In this document: positions 28,560 through 38,203 of the stretch, piece after piece
Layout of the letters: every line of letters begins with the position of its first letter
Numbering within the stretch: position 1 is the stretch's first letter
Source of the DNA: Armatimonadota bacterium
Lineage (GTDB): Bacteria; Armatimonadota; Fervidibacteria; Fervidibacterales; Fervidibacteraceae
Reading direction: 5' to 3' (one strand)
NCBI GenBank assembly: GCA_032160945.1
Contig: JAVHTL010000003.1
Length of the DNA stretch: 64,000 nucleotides
Position numbers and translations under genes: made by a program
Notes under the pieces: model-generated
What the model saw: only the letters and a program-made list of their open reading frames with translations
The model's database searches: none
Told to the model about the DNA's origin: nothing

Positions 28560-29606
28560 ATGAAAGCAGCCTTGTTTCTCGGTCTGGAGAGGATGGAAGT
28601 CAGAGAAGTTAAAACACCTTCTGTGAGGAATTCGTGGGAAATGCTTGTGCGTGTAAGGGCGTGCGCTATATGCGGTTCTGATGTGCGGATATTTCATCAT
28701 GGCAATCCGAGGGTTCGTCCGCCAGCAATATTAGGGCACGAAATAGCCGGTGAAGTCGTGGAAGTGGGCGATGCAATAACGCAATTTAAAGTTGGCGACA
28801 GGGTCGCAATAGGCGCAGATGTGCCGTGCGGAATTTGCGAGATGTGCAAACGAGGTCTCGGAAACAATTGCCCAATTAACTATGCTATCGGGTATCAGTT
28901 TCCGGGCGGCTTTGCTGAATTCATACTGCTCAACGAGACAACGGTGAAGTATGGTCCAGTGCATCCCATACCAGATGGAGTCAGCGATATTGAAGCGACC
29001 CTTGCAGAACCACTTGGGTGCTGCTTGAACGCATATGAACTTGCAAATCTTTCGCCGGGTGAGACAGTGGTCGTCTTTGGTCTTGGTCCAATTGGCTGCT
29101 TGCTTGTTGAGTTGGCAAAAGTTCTTGGCGCCGGCAAGGTGATAGCGATACAGCGTTCCAAGAGGCGGCTTCAAATGGCAATTGAGATGGGCATACCCGC
29201 TGATGTGTTTGTGTGCTCCCAAGAGGAAGACCCAGTTGAAAGGGTGCTCAAGGAGACCGATGGCAAAGGTGCGGATGTAATACTGACTGCGTGTGGAGAT
29301 GTGGAGGCACAAGAGCAGGCAGTAAAGATGGTGGCTCATCGTGGTAGAGTGAACTTGTTTGCTGGGTTGCCAGCAGGGACAAGGAAGATAGAAGTTGACT
29401 CAAACTTCATCCACTACAGGGAGGCATTTATCTTCGGCTCACATGGTAGTGTTCCAAGGCACCATAAATCGGCGTTGCAGTTGCTCTCTGGTGGCAGAAT
29501 AAAAGCGGAGCGTTATTTCACTCACAGGTTTTCCCTTGACGATATACTTGAAGCGATCAAAACGGTTGAAAATAGAGAAGCGATGAAGGTGGTGATATGC
29601 CCGTGA
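28560..29606 (+). CDS. Zn-dependent alcohol/polyol dehydrogenase
   Basis: CAICGSD, ILGHEIAG, CGICEMC..GLGNNC, LAEPLGC, GLGPIG, VNLFAGLP. Confidence 0.9.
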   Translation: MKAALFLGLERMEVREVKTPSVRNSWEMLVRVRACAICGSDVRIFHHGNPRVRPPAILGHEIAGEVVEVGDAITQFKVGDRVAIGADVPCGICEMCKRGLGNNCPINYAIGYQFPGGFAEFILLNETTVKYGPVHPIPDGVSDIEATLAEPLGCCLNAYELANLSPGETVVVFGLGPIGCLLVELAKVLGAGKVIAIQRSKRRLQMAIEMGIPADVFVCSQEEDPVERVLKETDGKGADVILTACGDVEAQEQAVKMVAHRGRVNLFAGLPAGTRKIEVDSNFIHYREAFIFGSHGSVPRHHKSALQLLSGGRIKAERYFTHRFSLDDILEAIKTVENREAMKVVICP

Positions 29607-30316
29607 GCGTGACAGTAAAGTTATTTGCTTCAATGATGTGTGCCAACTGGTGCAACCTTGAGCGAGACGTCCGTGAACTTGAGTCGGCTGGGATTGATGG
29701 CTTGCACTTTGACATCATGGACGGGCACTTCGTTCCGAACCTAACGATGGGCTTTGATGTGGTTAGATCGCTTCGCCAAATCACTCAACTCCCTTTTGAT
29801 GTCCACTTGATGATTGAAAAGCCTGAGCGCTACATTGACAGGTTTGCCCAAATAGGAGTTCAATTCATCTCCGTCCACTTTGAGAGCACACCACATGTGC
29901 ACCGAGCGATTAAGCAGGTCAAAGATGCCGGCGTGTCAGCGATTGTAGCCATCAACCCAGCAACACCGCCATGCGCAATTGATTACCTGCTTGATGATGT
30001 TGACGGGGTGCTCGTGATGACCGTCAACCCTGGCTTCTCAGGGCAAGCAGCCATACCGGCTGCTGTTAGGAAGATTGCCGATGTTAAGGAGCGAATTGAG
30101 CAGCGTGGAAGCAATGCCTTCATACAAGTTGATGGCAATGTAAGTTTTGAGTTGGCTCCGACGATGATAAGATATGGGGCAAACATACTCGTAGGAGGCA
30201 CATCAAGCATCTTCTCAAAAGAGTCAAGCCTGAGCGAGAACATTAGAAGGTTTCGCAGTCTCATAGTGAATGTCATTGATGAGAAAGGAAGTGGGATTTT
30301 GAAAGTAACCCCTTAG
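29597..30316 (+). CDS. rpe: Ribulose-phosphate 3-epimerase family (Rpe/AlsE-like)
   Basis: LHFDIMDGHFVPNLTMG, DVHLMIEKPE, AINPATP, VMTVNPGFSGQ, IQVDGN, VGGTSSIF. Confidence 0.92.
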   Translation: MPVSVTVKLFASMMCANWCNLERDVRELESAGIDGLHFDIMDGHFVPNLTMGFDVVRSLRQITQLPFDVHLMIEKPERYIDRFAQIGVQFISVHFESTPHVHRAIKQVKDAGVSAIVAINPATPPCAIDYLLDDVDGVLVMTVNPGFSGQAAIPAAVRKIADVKERIEQRGSNAFIQVDGNVSFELAPTMIRYGANILVGGTSSIFSKESSLSENIRRFRSLIVNVIDEKGSGILKVTP

Positions 30317-30487
30317 TTGCTCAAAGATTTGGCGACGAGCATCGGCAGAGACATCGGCTCGCACCATCACCCCAATGACAGAACGCAAACTCCATCGCAA
30401 TTTCCCTTTGTCAAGGGAGTCAAAGAGCGCCAATATGCCCCTTGATATGTTGCCTGCCCAAAAATGCACCAACGCCAGTTCCTTGAA

Positions 30488-31114
30488 AGGGCGGGGCTTC
30501 CGTGCCCCGCTGACTTTCTAAATTTCGTCGGCAGGGGACAGAGCCCCTGCCCTATATCGGCGACGAAAAAAATCGTCAGATGTAGGGCGCATGCTCCGTC
30601 ATGCGCCGACGAAAAAAATCGTCATGGGACAGAGCCCCTGCCCTACATCGGCGACGAAAAAAAAAAATCGTCAGATGTAGGGCGCATGCTCCGTCATGCG
30701 CCGACGAAAAAAAAAATCGTCATGGGACAGAGCCCCTGCCCTACATTGGCGACGAAAAAAATCGTCAGATGTAGGGCGCATGCTCCGTCATGCGCCGACG
30801 AAAAAAAATCGTCATGGGACAGAGCCCCTGCCCTACATTGGCGACGAAAAAAATCGTCAGATGTAGGGCGCATGCTCCGTCATGCGCCGACGAAAAAAAA
30901 TCGTCATGGGACAGAGCCCCTGCCCTACATCGGCGACGAAAAAAATCGTCAGATGTAGGGCGCATGCTCCGTCATGCGCCGACGAAAAAAAAATCGTCAT
31001 GGGACAGAGCCCCTGCCCTACATTGGCGACGAAAAAAAATCGTCAGATGTAGGGCGCATGCTCCGTCATGCGCCGACGAAAAAAATCGTCATGGGACAGA
31101 GCCCCTGCCCTACA
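30488..31114. repeat. BIME-like tandem array: 6 units (91-98 bp) of alternately oriented GTAG REPs with GACGA-An-TCGTC linkers
   Basis: Unit starts at 30535, 30626, 30724, 30816, 30908, 31001, plus a final partial unit at 31093. Constant part is 77 bp; A-tracts are 7,7,11,10,7,8,7,8,7,9,8,7. A lead REP lies at 30488-30514. Confidence 0.95.
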
Positions 31115-31258
31115 AAGCCCACCAATAACCTTTTGAGTAAAGAGCGATGCTTTATCATGTTGTGAGGCTAAAAGTCTAAGCCAAAATTACTCAACGCAGG
31201 AAGTGGTGAACCAATCTAAACCGAGCATCAACTGGTGGTTACGGTAATCAATTCCATA

Positions 31259-31393
31259 TAGGACTTACGCAGTTGATGTCATTTTGTGTAGGGGCAGACG
31301 ATAGTCTGCCCGAAAACATCCTTTATAAAGGGGTTAAAACTGCCCTTGCGGGCGGCTTAGCAGCCGCCCTTACATCCAACTGCGTAACTCTCA
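31259..31393 (+). mobile_element. MITE copy 1 (TIR GGACTTACGCAGTTG) enclosing two inward-facing GTAG REPs
   Basis: TAGGACTTACGCAGTTG...CAACTGCGTAACTC(TCA). Near-identical to 42574-42702 and 56049-56182; the right end is slightly degenerate. Confidence 0.85.
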
Positions 31394-31423
31394 GAGCAAT
31401 TGATTTTTGACGAAGCCCCGAAC

Positions 31424-33667
31424 TCATTCACTGGCGCCTCTTCTCATTTTCTGCTCAGAGTCAAATCGCTCCACGATCGTTCTGGCAACTTGATGGACAT
31501 AACCCGATGGGTCGTTCAATGCTTTTTTGATGGCATCCAACGCAGGTTTTACCTTTTCGCCCAAATGCCTCATTGCGTTGATGGCGTAAAGGCGAACGAA
31601 TTCGTGTTCGTGGCTGAGCAATTTCGTCAAAGCCGCCAAACCATCATCCCATCCCCAATCGCAAATTGCTTGGGCTGCTGCGATTTGAACAGTTGGCGAC
31701 GAATCGTTGAGCATTGCCCGCAAAGTTTCCACGAACTTCTCTCGCTTCGTTTCGTCTTTACATGCATGGTGGATGCTAACAATTGCCCAATAGCGAACTG
31801 CGGGATGCTCATCCTTTAACGCTTGCAAATAAGCGGGAAGTGCCTTCTCACCTTGTCCATCCAGCATCTTGAGTTGCAGCAACCTTTCCAAAACCCCGCT
31901 TCGGTCAATTTCCGTGCGCCAATCGGGAATTGGTTCTGGTTTTCCATCTGCCGAAGGTAATGGTTCGCCAAATTGCCATCTAACTTCGTCGCTGTCATGG
32001 CAACCCAGCCTGCAAGCCTTAGCAATCAAGGTTTCTCCATTTTGCACCGTCACAGGTTGCGTGTAAAGTTGCCAAAGACCTCGCTTGCCGTCGGCATCAA
32101 TGCGGTAGGCAATAGAAGCACCTTCCGTTTCGCATTCCAGAACAATGGTTGTAGCATTATCGGCTCGCTCAACGATTTGCAATTTCGGCGATGCCGTCTT
32201 TTGCCATCTGCCATTCGGTCGCATCATTTCCGTCAACTCAGGTTCGGGGACAAGTCCGACATCGCCGATTTTCTTCATCCATTTGAGAAGTTCTGCTCGC
32301 ATCGCTTCAAGCACAGAACGATATTGCGGGTCATCAGCGAGGTTGCGAGTTTCATGTGGGTCGGATTGAGTGTCATAAAGTTCCTCAACGGGTTTGGTTG
32401 GAATGAAGAAAAAGCGTTGAACTTCGTTGAGTTTCCCTTCAGCGTTGAGCCGTCGCCACTCTTGCATTGTCGGCGTCTCCTCGCCATATCCAACCTCTTG
32501 AGCGTAAGGCAAATGCGATGCAAAGTTGCGGATGTATTTGAACCGCTTGTCACGAACGGCGCGAATGATGTCGTAAGTTTCGTCCATGCGGTCACGGGCA
32601 GCATAAACGAATTTGCGTGGCGGTGATTTTTGCTGTCCAAGAAATGCTTGACCTTGTATGTGCTTTGGGATGGGAACGCCAGCAAGCGAAAGCATCGTCG
32701 GAGCGAAATCAACGAAGGCAATCAAATCCTCAATGACGCTGCCGGGCTTGATGCGGTCGGGGTCATCAGGATATGCCCACTTTCGGAACTTTTCGGGGAT
32801 GCGGATGATGAGCGGGACGCGGATGCCGGAATCGTAAACCCACCGCTTGCCTCTTGGTATTCCAGCACCGTGATCTGACCAGAACCAAACAATGGTTTTT
32901 TCTGCCAAGCCATCCTCTTCCAACTCGCGCAAAATTTCGCCAGCACGAATGTCCATAAGCGTGACAGTGTCATAATGCTGTGCAATATCACGGCGAACGG
33001 CAAGTGTGTCAGGCAAGTATGGTGGCACAGGTGCTTTCGCAGGGTCATGGCGTGCTTTAGATGGCAACGCTTCAATTCGCTTCAAAAGGTTTGGGTCTCG
33101 GCTTCTGAGTTGGCTTTCGTGAGTGACAGTGATGTTGAAAACGGCAAAGAAAGGTTGTTTTAAGTCGGGACGGTTGCGCCAATGTGCTTTTGGACTGCTT
33201 TCATCCCATGCCGTCAATGGCGCTGCTTCAGCACTTGCCGTTGAAATTTTCGGGTCGTGAGCGAAGTTGTAGTCGGTTTTTGCATTGTTGGTGCAGTAGT
33301 ATCCTGCAGAGCGCAAGTATTCAGTGAAGCAGCGAACGAAAGGTGGTGGGACGGCTTTGCAGCGCATATTGTGAGTTCCGATGCTCGTCGGATACATTCC
33401 TGTGATGACGCCTGAACGAGATGGTGCGCAAACGGGTGAGTGAGTGAAAACATTCGTGAACCTAACACCTTCGGCTGCTAACCTGTCAAGGTTAGGCGTG
33501 AACGCATACGGGTCACCAAAACAGCCCAAAGTTGGACCCATATCCTCACAAGTGATCCAAAGGAAGTTAGGTCGCTCAGGATTTTGCATTAAAGTTTCCA
33601 CCTCCAATCCCAAACTTCTGACAAGCACTAAGCCAATTATGTTGCCAACAAACTCCCTTCGCTTCAA
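31424..33667 (-). CDS. Sulfatase with C-terminal small beta-domain and HEAT repeats
   Basis: PNFLWITCEDMG, CAPSRSGVITGMYP (CxPxR formylglycine motif), FWSDHG, ELYDTQSDPHETRNLA, HEAT-like VRYWAI/VRLYAINAM; N-terminal KRREF resembles a Tat motif. Confidence 0.92.
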   Translation of the reverse strand: MKRREFVGNIIGLVLVRSLGLEVETLMQNPERPNFLWITCEDMGPTLGCFGDPYAFTPNLDRLAAEGVRFTNVFTHSPVCAPSRSGVITGMYPTSIGTHNMRCKAVPPPFVRCFTEYLRSAGYYCTNNAKTDYNFAHDPKISTASAEAAPLTAWDESSPKAHWRNRPDLKQPFFAVFNITVTHESQLRSRDPNLLKRIEALPSKARHDPAKAPVPPYLPDTLAVRRDIAQHYDTVTLMDIRAGEILRELEEDGLAEKTIVWFWSDHGAGIPRGKRWVYDSGIRVPLIIRIPEKFRKWAYPDDPDRIKPGSVIEDLIAFVDFAPTMLSLAGVPIPKHIQGQAFLGQQKSPPRKFVYAARDRMDETYDIIRAVRDKRFKYIRNFASHLPYAQEVGYGEETPTMQEWRRLNAEGKLNEVQRFFFIPTKPVEELYDTQSDPHETRNLADDPQYRSVLEAMRAELLKWMKKIGDVGLVPEPELTEMMRPNGRWQKTASPKLQIVERADNATTIVLECETEGASIAYRIDADGKRGLWQLYTQPVTVQNGETLIAKACRLGCHDSDEVRWQFGEPLPSADGKPEPIPDWRTEIDRSGVLERLLQLKMLDGQGEKALPAYLQALKDEHPAVRYWAIVSIHHACKDETKREKFVETLRAMLNDSSPTVQIAAAQAICDWGWDDGLAALTKLLSHEHEFVRLYAINAMRHLGEKVKPALDAIKKALNDPSGYVHQVARTIVERFDSEQKMRRGASE

Positions 33668-33733
33668 TTTGCATCACGCTCCTATGGCAAGGATGGGCAA
33701 AGTTGCCTGCAGAATTCTCTGACGCATTTCGTG

Positions 33734-33742
33734 TGCTATATT
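33734..33742 (+). promoter_or_regulatory. Putative extended -10 promoter
   Basis: TG-C-TATATT about 30 bp upstream of the S9 peptidase ATG. Confidence 0.35.
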
Positions 33743-33770
33743 ACCATGCAGTAGAGCGAGGTGTTAGGAG

Positions 33771-35792
33771 ATGACTAAGCGCAAAGTTATCGCTGAAGAT
33801 TTGCTGGTGATTAAACTCGTAAGTAACCCTCAGGTCAGTCCTGATGGGACGAAGTGCGTTTTCACGGTCAAAACAATTGACAGCGAAAAGAACCGTTACC
33901 TTTCGCATTTGTGGTTGGCTGATTTGCTCACGGGAGAAGTTCGGCAGTTTACTTTCGGAGAGGTCAGCGATAATGAGCCAAGATGGTCGCCCAATGGAAG
34001 CAAAATCGCCTTCATTCGCACTGACCTGAAAGAGAAGCGCTCGCAAATTTGGCTGATACGAGTTGACGGTGGTGAAGCGTGGCAACTGACGAATTTAGAA
34101 GAAGGCAGCATCGGCGAACCCCTTTGGTCACCTGACGGAAGCAAAATCGCTTTCACTTTCCGACCGACCCATCCCGACTGGACGCAAGAGGTTCGCAAAA
34201 AGCGACAGGAAACAGGCAAGTCCAACCCGCCTCGCATCATCACCAGGCTCTTTTACCGCCTTGACGGTTACGGCTTTTTGGACATGCGACAGCACATTTG
34301 GGTCTGTGACGCTCAAACAGGTGAAGCAAAGCAAATTACCGACGGAGATTACGATGACTATTCGCCTGCATGGTCGCCTGATGGTAGCAAAATCGCTTTC
34401 GCCTCCAACCGAAGTGACGATCCTGAGGAGAAGCCACACGAAGTTGACATTTGGCTCGTCTCACCTGAAGGTGGCGAATTGGAGAAAGTGCCAACTCCGA
34501 CAGGCTACAAAGGCAATATTTCTTGGTCGCCCAATGGTGACTGGATTGCCTACATCGGGCATGAAAGCAAAGATGACCCTTGGAAGCCACGCAACGACAA
34601 AGTTTGGGTCGTTAACTTGCACACAAATGAAGTTCGCTGTTTGACGGAAACTCTTGACCGAGATGTGGGAAATGCGACCCTCTCCGACATGCGGGAAGCC
34701 TTCACAGGTGGCGGGAGACCTGTTTGGAACATGGAAAGCAACCGCCTATTCTTCACTGTTAGCGACAGAGGCAATTGCCACCTTTACACCACTGACTTGA
34801 ACGGCGATTGGCAACCTCTAACCGATGGCGCAATGGACATTTATGCCTTCAGCGCAAACAAAAAAGCATCGCTATTTGTTCTGGCATTGAGTAAGCCGAC
34901 TTTGCCTGGCGAATTGTTCACTTTGTCGTTGCAATCAGCGAGCGTTGCTGTCGCAACCGAGTTGCAGCAACTCACTCGCTTGAACCAAGATTGGCTTAAC
35001 AAGGTTCAATTGAGCGAACCTGAAGAAGTTTGGTTTGAAAGTTTTGATGGGACGAAAATTCAAGGCTGGCTTCTTAAGCCCCCTGACTTTGACCCTACGC
35101 AAAAGTATCCGCTGCTTCTCTACATTCACGGCGGTCCACATGCTCAGTATGGCAACACCTTCTTCCACGAGTTTCAGTTGCACGCTGCAAGGGGCTACAT
35201 TGTGTTTTACACGAACCCGCGAGGGAGTATGGGATATGAGGAGGATTTTGCAGCCGTCATTCGTGGAAATTGGGGAGATGTTGACTTCAAAGACATCATG
35301 GCTGGTGCTGATTTTGCAGTGTCGCTGCCTTATGTTGACGAAACCCGCATGGCGGTTGCGGGCGGAAGTTACGGCGGCTACATGACCAACTGGATTGTCG
35401 GGCACACTGACCGATTTAGGTGCGCCATCACCGACCGAAGCGTCGCAAACAAACAAAGCATGGCAGGAACCAGCGACTTTCCGATGAAGCCTAACGGTTA
35501 TTGGGAAGGCAATTTCTGGGACCGAACGGAGAAACTTTGGCAGCAATCGCCCCTTCGCTATGTTGCCAATGTCAAGACGCCGTTGCTCATCATCCACAGC
35601 GAAGGTGACTTGCGCTGTCCCATTGGGCAGGCGGAGGAGTTGTTTGCAGCGTTGAAGCGTCTCAAGAAAGAAGTCGTGTTCGTTCGCTACCCACAGGAGA
35701 CAAGTCACGGGTTGAGCCGAAGCGGACCTCCTGATTTGCGCCTTGACCGCCTGAACCGAATTTGTGAGTGGCTTGACAAGTGGTGCAAGTGA
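33771..35792 (+). CDS. S9 family peptidase (acylaminoacyl/dipeptidyl aminopeptidase)
   Basis: WD40-like PD40 repeats (WSPDGSKIAF), YIHGGPH, GGSYGG, IHSEGDLRC, ETSHGLSRSG. Confidence 0.95.
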   Translation: MTKRKVIAEDLLVIKLVSNPQVSPDGTKCVFTVKTIDSEKNRYLSHLWLADLLTGEVRQFTFGEVSDNEPRWSPNGSKIAFIRTDLKEKRSQIWLIRVDGGEAWQLTNLEEGSIGEPLWSPDGSKIAFTFRPTHPDWTQEVRKKRQETGKSNPPRIITRLFYRLDGYGFLDMRQHIWVCDAQTGEAKQITDGDYDDYSPAWSPDGSKIAFASNRSDDPEEKPHEVDIWLVSPEGGELEKVPTPTGYKGNISWSPNGDWIAYIGHESKDDPWKPRNDKVWVVNLHTNEVRCLTETLDRDVGNATLSDMREAFTGGGRPVWNMESNRLFFTVSDRGNCHLYTTDLNGDWQPLTDGAMDIYAFSANKKASLFVLALSKPTLPGELFTLSLQSASVAVATELQQLTRLNQDWLNKVQLSEPEEVWFESFDGTKIQGWLLKPPDFDPTQKYPLLLYIHGGPHAQYGNTFFHEFQLHAARGYIVFYTNPRGSMGYEEDFAAVIRGNWGDVDFKDIMAGADFAVSLPYVDETRMAVAGGSYGGYMTNWIVGHTDRFRCAITDRSVANKQSMAGTSDFPMKPNGYWEGNFWDRTEKLWQQSPLRYVANVKTPLLIIHSEGDLRCPIGQAEELFAALKRLKKEVVFVRYPQETSHGLSRSGPPDLRLDRLNRICEWLDKWCK

Positions 35793-35846
35793 AGCCATTG
35801 GTTCAACCCATGCCAATTTTCGGCAATGAGTTTTTGCTCACTGAGT

Positions 35847-37151
35847 TCACGAACCTTTGATGACTGCTTCTTCCCGCAAAGTTTTCATCTCTTCCCACAA
35901 TTCGGGGTAGACGGGAAATTGCTGGCATAACTCAACGACTTCGTTTTTGACCTTCTCAATGTTTTCATCGGTTGGGTCTCGCAGAACTTGTGCAATCCAG
36001 CGACCTATTAGCCTCATCTCATCTTCGCGCATTCCTCTCGTAGTGGAAGCGGGCGTGCCAATTCGTATGCCCGATGCTTTCATAGGTGGGCGTTCGTCAA
36101 AGGGGATGGCGTTTTTGTTGACAATGACATGAGCACGCTGAAGCAATTTTTCAGCATCAGAGCCAGTAAGGTTTGGGTTAAATGGTCGCAAATCAACGAG
36201 CATCAAATGATTCTCTGTTTCACCTGAAACAATCCTGAAGCCTTGCCTTTTCAACTCATCGGCGAGGGCTTTTGCATTGGCGACAGTTTGGAATTGATCT
36301 CGCTTGAACTCTTCCCCCATCGCTTCCTTGAAGCAGACAGCCTTTGCAGCAATGACATGCATGAACGGACCACCTTGAGTTCCTGGGAAAACGGCTTTGT
36401 CAATGCTTTGCGCCCACTCGGACTTGCACAAAATCAAAGCGCCTCTTGGTCCTCGCAAAGTTTTGTGGGTTGTTGTCGTGACGAATTCAGCATAAGGAAC
36501 AGGTGACGGATGAGCGCCAGCAGCAACCAAGCCAGCAATGTGAGCAATGTCAGCCATTAAAAGTGCACCAACTTCTTCGGCAATTTCTCGGAACTTGTCA
36601 AACTCAACGACACGCGAATAGGCAGAATAACCGCAAATGATGAGTTTGGGTTTGTGCTCAATAGCCAGTTTTCGGATTTGGTCAAAGTCAATGGTCTCAG
36701 TGTCTTTGCGAACTCCATATTGGACGACGCGATACAACTTGCCCGATGCCGTCACTGGCGCTCCGTGAGACAAATGACCTCCATGAGCCAAAGCGGGACC
36801 GAGAATGACATCGCCAGGTTCCAAGCAAGCGAAGTAAACAGCCATGTTGGCTTGAACTCCAGCATGGGGTTGAACATTGGCGTGGTCAGCGTTGAAAAGT
36901 TGTTTTGCCCGCTCAATGGCAAGTCTTTCAGCGATGTCAACGAAATCACAACCGCCATAGTATCGTCGCCCAGGGTAGCCTTCGGCATACTTGTTCTGCA
37001 TCGGGTTAGCAAGGGCAGCAAGGACGGCTGGATTTGTGTAATTTTCGCTGGCAATCAAATTCAAGTAAAGGTTTTGACGCTCAATATCGGCGGCGATGGC
37101 ATCAAAAATTTCAGGGTCAACCTCAAGCAAAGCCTCAAATAACCGAAACAT
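35847..37151 (-). CDS. glyA: Serine hydroxymethyltransferase
   Basis: [58 protein letters not shown]. Confidence 0.98.
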   Translation of the reverse strand: MFRLFEALLEVDPEIFDAIAADIERQNLYLNLIASENYTNPAVLAALANPMQNKYAEGYPGRRYYGGCDFVDIAERLAIERAKQLFNADHANVQPHAGVQANMAVYFACLEPGDVILGPALAHGGHLSHGAPVTASGKLYRVVQYGVRKDTETIDFDQIRKLAIEHKPKLIICGYSAYSRVVEFDKFREIAEEVGALLMADIAHIAGLVAAGAHPSPVPYAEFVTTTTHKTLRGPRGALILCKSEWAQSIDKAVFPGTQGGPFMHVIAAKAVCFKEAMGEEFKRDQFQTVANAKALADELKRQGFRIVSGETENHLMLVDLRPFNPNLTGSDAEKLLQRAHVIVNKNAIPFDERPPMKASGIRIGTPASTTRGMREDEMRLIGRWIAQVLRDPTDENIEKVKNEVVELCQQFPVYPELWEEMKTLREEAVIKGS

Positions 37152-37329
37152 TCATTTTCGCCCCCTTCTCATCGGTAAGTTATCGGCAACAAAATCATAA
37201 CGCAAAATTCCGCTGCCGTTGCATTTCGCTCATGTCAGTGTCACAATGAAGGCAACCGCAACGAGCCTTTGATGAGTTTGCTCGTTTCGGTGAAAATTGC
37301 CGCTCATTGCGGCGAAAGGAGAGATTGAA

Positions 37330-38178
37330 ATGTCTGTCCCCAAGGAAGCAGTTGATGTCGTTTGGGCATTTTTTGATGCCTTGATGGAGGAGGACGAGGA
37401 ATCCCTCACATCCGTTTTAGAGCCCCAAAGCGATGCAGCAATCCTTTACGAGTTGTTTGGTGAGGCTGCCCTTTACGCTGCCTCCGCAACTTTGCGAGGT
37501 CCTTGCATCATCCGTTTGACGCGAGCACTTGTTTTGGGCGATAGCGTTTGGCTTGAAGGTGAGCAAGTCACACAAGACACTCGCCAAATCATTGGCTATG
37601 TCGTTTTCAAAGTCCAACGACACAACGGTCATTGGAAAATTGCTGAAATTTCACCTTGGAACCTTGAAGCCGTCCATTACTTGAGCGACAGACCAGATCC
37701 GCAAAGCGATTTGTCAGTGGGCATCTTCATGACTTCCTACGGGTTGCAAATTTCACCCAACACAAATTTGGACATCGTTGAGCAAGTTTTAATCGGAACT
37801 ATGCAGCAAGAATACTACCCGCTGACATCCATAGCCCGTGCAGTTAGACTGTGGCGTGATTTCCGAAAGGAAGGGGAATTGGCTGCTCACGACCAAACAG
37901 TTTGGGCTGCTGCTGTCCACCGAGTTATGGACAAAATGGCGCTCATTGACGAACCTATTGAGCAAATCGCTCTGCTCTACAATGTCCCCAATGCCAGCCT
38001 TGCGGATGCGTATAACAGAATCATTCGGCACTTGAACATCACCTACTTTGACCCTCGCTATTCGCCCATCCCTGACCCCAATGAACTTTTGCGCTATGCA
38101 AAAGAGGCAGGCATGGAAATTGAAGAGCAACTGCCACCAATAGCAAACCAACCTTTGCCTGAAGAATCTTCCATTTAA
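37330..38178 (+). CDS. Hypothetical protein: NTF2-like N-terminus + TFIIB/cyclin-like helical C-terminus
   Basis: Start at ATG 37330. C-terminal AVRLWRDF...VWAAAVH...IEQIALLYNVPNASLADAYNRIIRHLNI. Confidence 0.6.
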   Translation: MSVPKEAVDVVWAFFDALMEEDEESLTSVLEPQSDAAILYELFGEAALYAASATLRGPCIIRLTRALVLGDSVWLEGEQVTQDTRQIIGYVVFKVQRHNGHWKIAEISPWNLEAVHYLSDRPDPQSDLSVGIFMTSYGLQISPNTNLDIVEQVLIGTMQQEYYPLTSIARAVRLWRDFRKEGELAAHDQTVWAAAVHRVMDKMALIDEPIEQIALLYNVPNASLADAYNRIIRHLNITYFDPRYSPIPDPNELLRYAKEAGMEIEEQLPPIANQPLPEESSI

Positions 38179-38203
38179 GTGCTGTCAATTGGGTGAAAGG
38201 GCG

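Noticed and set aside
30488-31114. CRISPR or other guide-RNA array interpretation of the tandem repeats
   Set aside because: There are no unique spacers (units differ only by A-tract length and a few point substitutions) and no cas or Nop-domain gene is nearby.
30464-31165. ORFs of 164, 112, 66 and 63 aa over the array
   Set aside because: They are translations of the repeat in shifting frames, with no SD, and depend on A-tract lengths.
31190-31258. Possible beta-barrel C-terminal remnant (GIDYRNHQLMLGLDWF) beside MITE copy 1
   Set aside because: Too short to distinguish from chance without a database search.
34935-35816. 293-aa antisense ORF
   Set aside because: Shadow of the well-supported S9 peptidase; no recognisable motifs.
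37152-37296. ZTP, glycine or THF riboswitch upstream of glyA
   Set aside because: No recognisable consensus segments on the minus strand.
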